Shown in pieces: positions 61,751 to 64,000 of a stretch of DNA of 64,000 bases. Origin of the DNA: Bacillota bacterium (GTDB lineage Bacteria; Bacillota; UBA5301; JAMCQP01); the NCBI GenBank assembly GCA_023381695.1, contig JAMCQP010000057.1, positions 2,376-66,375 of the forward strand, in the 5' to 3' direction. Every line of letters begins with the position of its first letter. The stretch's first letter is position 1. The notes under the pieces were generated by a model, which did no database searches, was not told the origin of the DNA, and saw nothing but the letters and a program-made list of their open reading frames with translations. A program made the position numbers and the translations under genes.

Positions 61751-63208
61751 TGTCCCAGCTTCCGTAGAATTTGCCGTTCACAGTATTTCGCCGGATATCA
61801 CGCGATAGCTTCCTTTTTGAATTCCGGTGGTGTACTTAAGCCACCTGTGCTTTTGGCAAGAACATCGATTAGTACTGGGATCTCCTTGTAACCCTTGATG
61901 CGCCGGAATCTTTTCTCAACTTCAAGCAAAGCCGCCGCCATCCATCTGAGGGCCTGCTCTCCATTGCGCCACCTCTTCACATTTCTCGTATGGGTGGCTG
62001 TGCCGTCGAAGGCAGACTCCATGGGGTTGGTGGACCTTAAAGTCTTTTTGAGAGTGCCAGGCAAGGCCAATTTGACAACCGTGAGGGTTTCTTCCAACCC
62101 CTCTCGCAGGCTTCCCGCCGCATCTGGATGCTCGTATTTGAGAGAGTCAGCCAGCATTTCCAGTTTTCTCTTGGCCTGATCGGCGTCGGTTTCCGCCCAG
62201 GCCGGCCGCATCTTGTGCTTGACTTCGGCTTTCCGGCTATCCGGCAGGTAGTCCAGCACATTTCGCAGTTTGTGGACCTGGCAACGCTGGATAAGGACCT
62301 TATCGCCAAAGGTGGCTACTACCGCAGCTCTTAGCGCCTTCGAACCGTCCAGTACTGCCAAGAGGCCTCTGTTGGCGTCAAAACCCCTTTCCACCAATTC
62401 GTTAAGCAGGTCCTTACAGACCTGGGCATTTTCCGTGGCGCCCTCCCGAATCGAAAGGATATGCTTTTGGCCTTCCGCATCAAGGCCCATGGCGGTGATC
62501 ACCAGGTGCTCGCCAAGTGCAAACCCATCAATGAACAGCGCCACGAAATGCGTGGAGTCAAACCTTCTTTCCAAAAGTTCAATCAGAGCCTGACGGGTCC
62601 TGTGCATAAAGTTACGGCTGATGGAACTCTTGGAGATGCCCTGAACATCGATGCCGGACCCAATATCCTCCAGGCCCTTATGGCGCCGCCTGGTGGAGAT
62701 GCCATGCAGCATCCGGTCCATCGCCGCCTGATGCAGAGCATCTTCGGCCTGGAAGCGTTCAAAGACTTGGAGCACCACTTCCTGACCGGCTTTGCTCCGA
62801 ACCCTGGGTTTAGCGATGGTGACCTTTCTCCCGCCCAGAACAACAGTTCCTTCCTCGTGCCCGTGCCGGTAAGCAGTGCGGGCTTGGGAGTGGCGGCCTT
62901 TGGGTCCCACGATGGTGGCAACCTCTTCTTCCAGCATCGCCTCCATGACCTTCAGGCCAACTCGGACCGAAAGTGCCAATAGCCCCTCTCGGACGTCCAC
63001 TGCCAAACCGGCAAGTTGGGAAAGTAGTTCGGCTGAGAGTTCAATTTGGTTCACTGGCCCCACTGCGGAAATGGGGCTTCCCTTTGCAGACAAATCATGA
63101 TACGATCTCATTGGCGGTTCCTCCCGTTAATGGTTGATTGTGTCGTCAACACTGTTATACCATGAACGGGGCGGTTACCGCACCTCAATTTCTACGGATT
63201 TTGGGACA
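61751..63208 (-). mobile_element. IS256-family insertion sequence
   Basis: The left end is tgtcccagcttccgtagaatttg+ccgttcacagtat (61751-61786). The reverse complement of the right end is tgtcccaaaatccgtagaaattg+[16 nt]+ccgttcatggtat (63157-63208). Total length about 1.46 kb. I saw no target-site duplication. Confidence 0.7.
61798..63111 (-). CDS. IS256-family (mutator-type) transposase
   Basis: 437 aa with ALLEEEVATIVGPKGRH...FVALFIDGFALGEH...GLDAEGQKHILSIREGATENAQVCKDLLNELVERG. Confidence 0.85.
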   Translation of the reverse strand: MRSYHDLSAKGSPISAVGPVNQIELSAELLSQLAGLAVDVREGLLALSVRVGLKVMEAMLEEEVATIVGPKGRHSQARTAYRHGHEEGTVVLGGRKVTIAKPRVRSKAGQEVVLQVFERFQAEDALHQAAMDRMLHGISTRRRHKGLEDIGSGIDVQGISKSSISRNFMHRTRQALIELLERRFDSTHFVALFIDGFALGEHLVITAMGLDAEGQKHILSIREGATENAQVCKDLLNELVERGFDANRGLLAVLDGSKALRAAVVATFGDKVLIQRCQVHKLRNVLDYLPDSRKAEVKHKMRPAWAETDADQAKRKLEMLADSLKYEHPDAAGSLREGLEETLTVVKLALPGTLKKTLRSTNPMESAFDGTATHTRNVKRWRNGEQALRWMAAALLEVEKRFRRIKGYKEIPVLIDVLAKSTGGLSTPPEFKKEAIA

Positions 63209-63620
63209 TCCGGCAATCCCTCCGATCCAGGAGGCATGCCTCGCTCAGAAATAGTAGTTCCTGGTTGACCAGCAAATAAACCCCCATTTAGTCTACCGTA
63301 TCTGTCAATTATGGTCCCAGGTTTTAATGTTCCTATGTTGTAATACTTAAACCCATAATTACCAGGGTAAGGTAACTCATTTTGAGCCACAAAACGGCCT
63401 GTTTGCAAATCTCTGTAACGACCTGCTTTACTATCAAAAACATAGCGAGCTGCAACCCCATTGGATAATATATCTGGTTCTATTATCGATTTTACAATAG
63501 ATGCTAGCTAGTCCATATATGCCATATGCCCAAATCCCTATGTCTGCGGCTGCATCCATAATCTTGCTAAACCTCTGCCCAGGAGTGGTTTTTTCAACCC
63601 GGATTTCGCAAGCCTGCTGG
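63209..63620 (-). pseudogene. Remnant of a polymorphic toxin with a TNT-type (NAD+ glycohydrolase) C-terminal domain; frameshifted and truncated at both ends
   Basis: It reads LPYPGNYGFKYYNIGTLKPGTIIDRYGRLNGGLFAGQPGTTISERGMPPGSEG, which fits the TNT/DUF4237 motif pattern. There is a frameshift at a CTAG duplication (63503-63511). The 3' end abuts the IS256 inverted repeat. The segment is AT-rich. Confidence 0.6.
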
Positions 63621-63716
63621 TTAAAAATCGCACTTAATAATTGAAAAGGTGCTCCTGATGGGGTAGAATTGGAATAGCGACAAACCAATTTTTCCCAAGG
63701 AAGGAGCACCCAATAG

Positions 63717-64000
63717 ATGTTACAAGAACAGTTTACCACCTCCCATAGGAAGTACGCAAGTGTTTCAGAAGAATTTTCGTTAAAACACGCGACAGCTTAC
63801 GGCGGAGGTAATTTGCTGCTGGATTATTACCTGGGACGATTGAAATTGCCTGAGCTGTTTTTAGAGCATCTGGCCGTCCACAAGGCCGCTTGGGCCAGCT
63901 ACCAGATGCCGGATATTGCCACCAGCCTGATCGCTGGGTTTACCCTGGGCTTGCACCGGATCCACCATTTCGAGGGGATCGAAGACGACGAGCTTTTGGC
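63717..64000 (+). CDS. DDE transposase, N-terminal fragment (IS1380/IS4-superfamily-like), running off the window end
   Basis: It is missing from the ORF track because no stop lies in the window. ATG 63717 follows GGAAGGAG. It reads MLQEQFTTSHRKYASVSEEFSLKHATAYGGGNLLLDYYLGRLKLPELFLEHLAVHKAAWASYQMPDIATSLIAGFTLGLHRIHHFEGIEDDELL. Confidence 0.55.
   Translation, partial: MLQEQFTTSHRKYASVSEEFSLKHATAYGGGNLLLDYYLGRLKLPELFLEHLAVHKAAWASYQMPDIATSLIAGFTLGLHRIHHFEGIEDDELL

Noticed and set aside
61289-61781. Several 70-150-aa ORFs on both strands in the G-rich spacer
   Set aside because: They are P/G/R/A homopolymer-like translations produced by composition. They have no RBS and overlap one another.
61742-61790. 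KFYGSWDNVQY on the minus strand, initially read as the missing C-terminal FGxxGGxxQY part of the TNT domain
   Set aside because: These nucleotides are the left terminal inverted repeat of the IS256-like element and match the right end at 63186-63208. The resemblance to TNT is coincidental. Whether YYGHDVIREYLDYINNT further left (61690-61741) belongs to the toxin cannot be decided.
1-64000. tRNA, rRNA, tmRNA, CRISPR arrays, and retron or DGR reverse transcriptases
   Set aside because: I saw no cloverleaf-like sequences, rRNA signatures, repeat-spacer arrays or RT-like ORFs in the intergenic regions. This was a visual scan only, so small RNAs could have been missed.

Overview
GC-rich window (about 60% by eye, not computed) that looks like the chromosome of a spore-forming Firmicute: it has spore photoproduct lyase, AddAB, and strong GGAGG ribosome-binding sites (RBS). 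All family assignments come from reading the translations and remembering family motifs. No searches were run. Left to right, the window holds the following. (1) A type II Wadjet-like jetA-jetB-jetC operon that runs off the left edge. (2) splB. (3) An AT-rich MNT nucleotidyltransferase gene coupled to a 95-aa partner that does not look like HEPN. (4) A gene fusing a Fe-ADH/GldA-like domain to a HisC-like aminotransferase, followed by a NitT/TauT-type ABC importer. (5) A minus-strand purine/nucleoside salvage operon: PotABCD-like ABC transporter, nucleoside phosphorylase, adenine deaminase and an M20 amidohydrolase. (6) addB-addA, both full of in-frame tandem repeats, with a frame problem at the addB 5' end. 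(7) copA. (8) An MGMT-family gene next to a low-GC islet that encodes a protein resembling the UDG superfamily. (9) A 12.7-kb MurNAc/peptidoglycan-recycling locus (two CUT1 ABC importers, PIG-L deacetylase, NamZ, NagZ, tandem GNAT, AmiE-like hydrolase) behind a perfect dre/NagR-type palindrome. (10) An FTR1 iron permease with Fur-box-like sites and a decayed FtsX-type fragment. (11) A ROK regulator with an ABC importer and cytoplasmic GH15 and GH66 enzymes, consistent with isomalto-oligosaccharide use. (12) An orphan Dam methylase with an unknown 221-aa neighbour. (13) An MFS gene. (14) An insertion-sequence graveyard: an IS1634-like element, an IS256-like element, part of an IS1380/IS4-like transposase, and a TNT (NAD+ glycohydrolase) polymorphic-toxin pseudogene. 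I found no rRNA, tRNA or CRISPR array. The items I consider most worth follow-up are the MNT plus non-HEPN pair, the ADH-aminotransferase fusion, the UDG-like islet, the in-frame repeat expansions in conserved proteins, and the toxin remnant.
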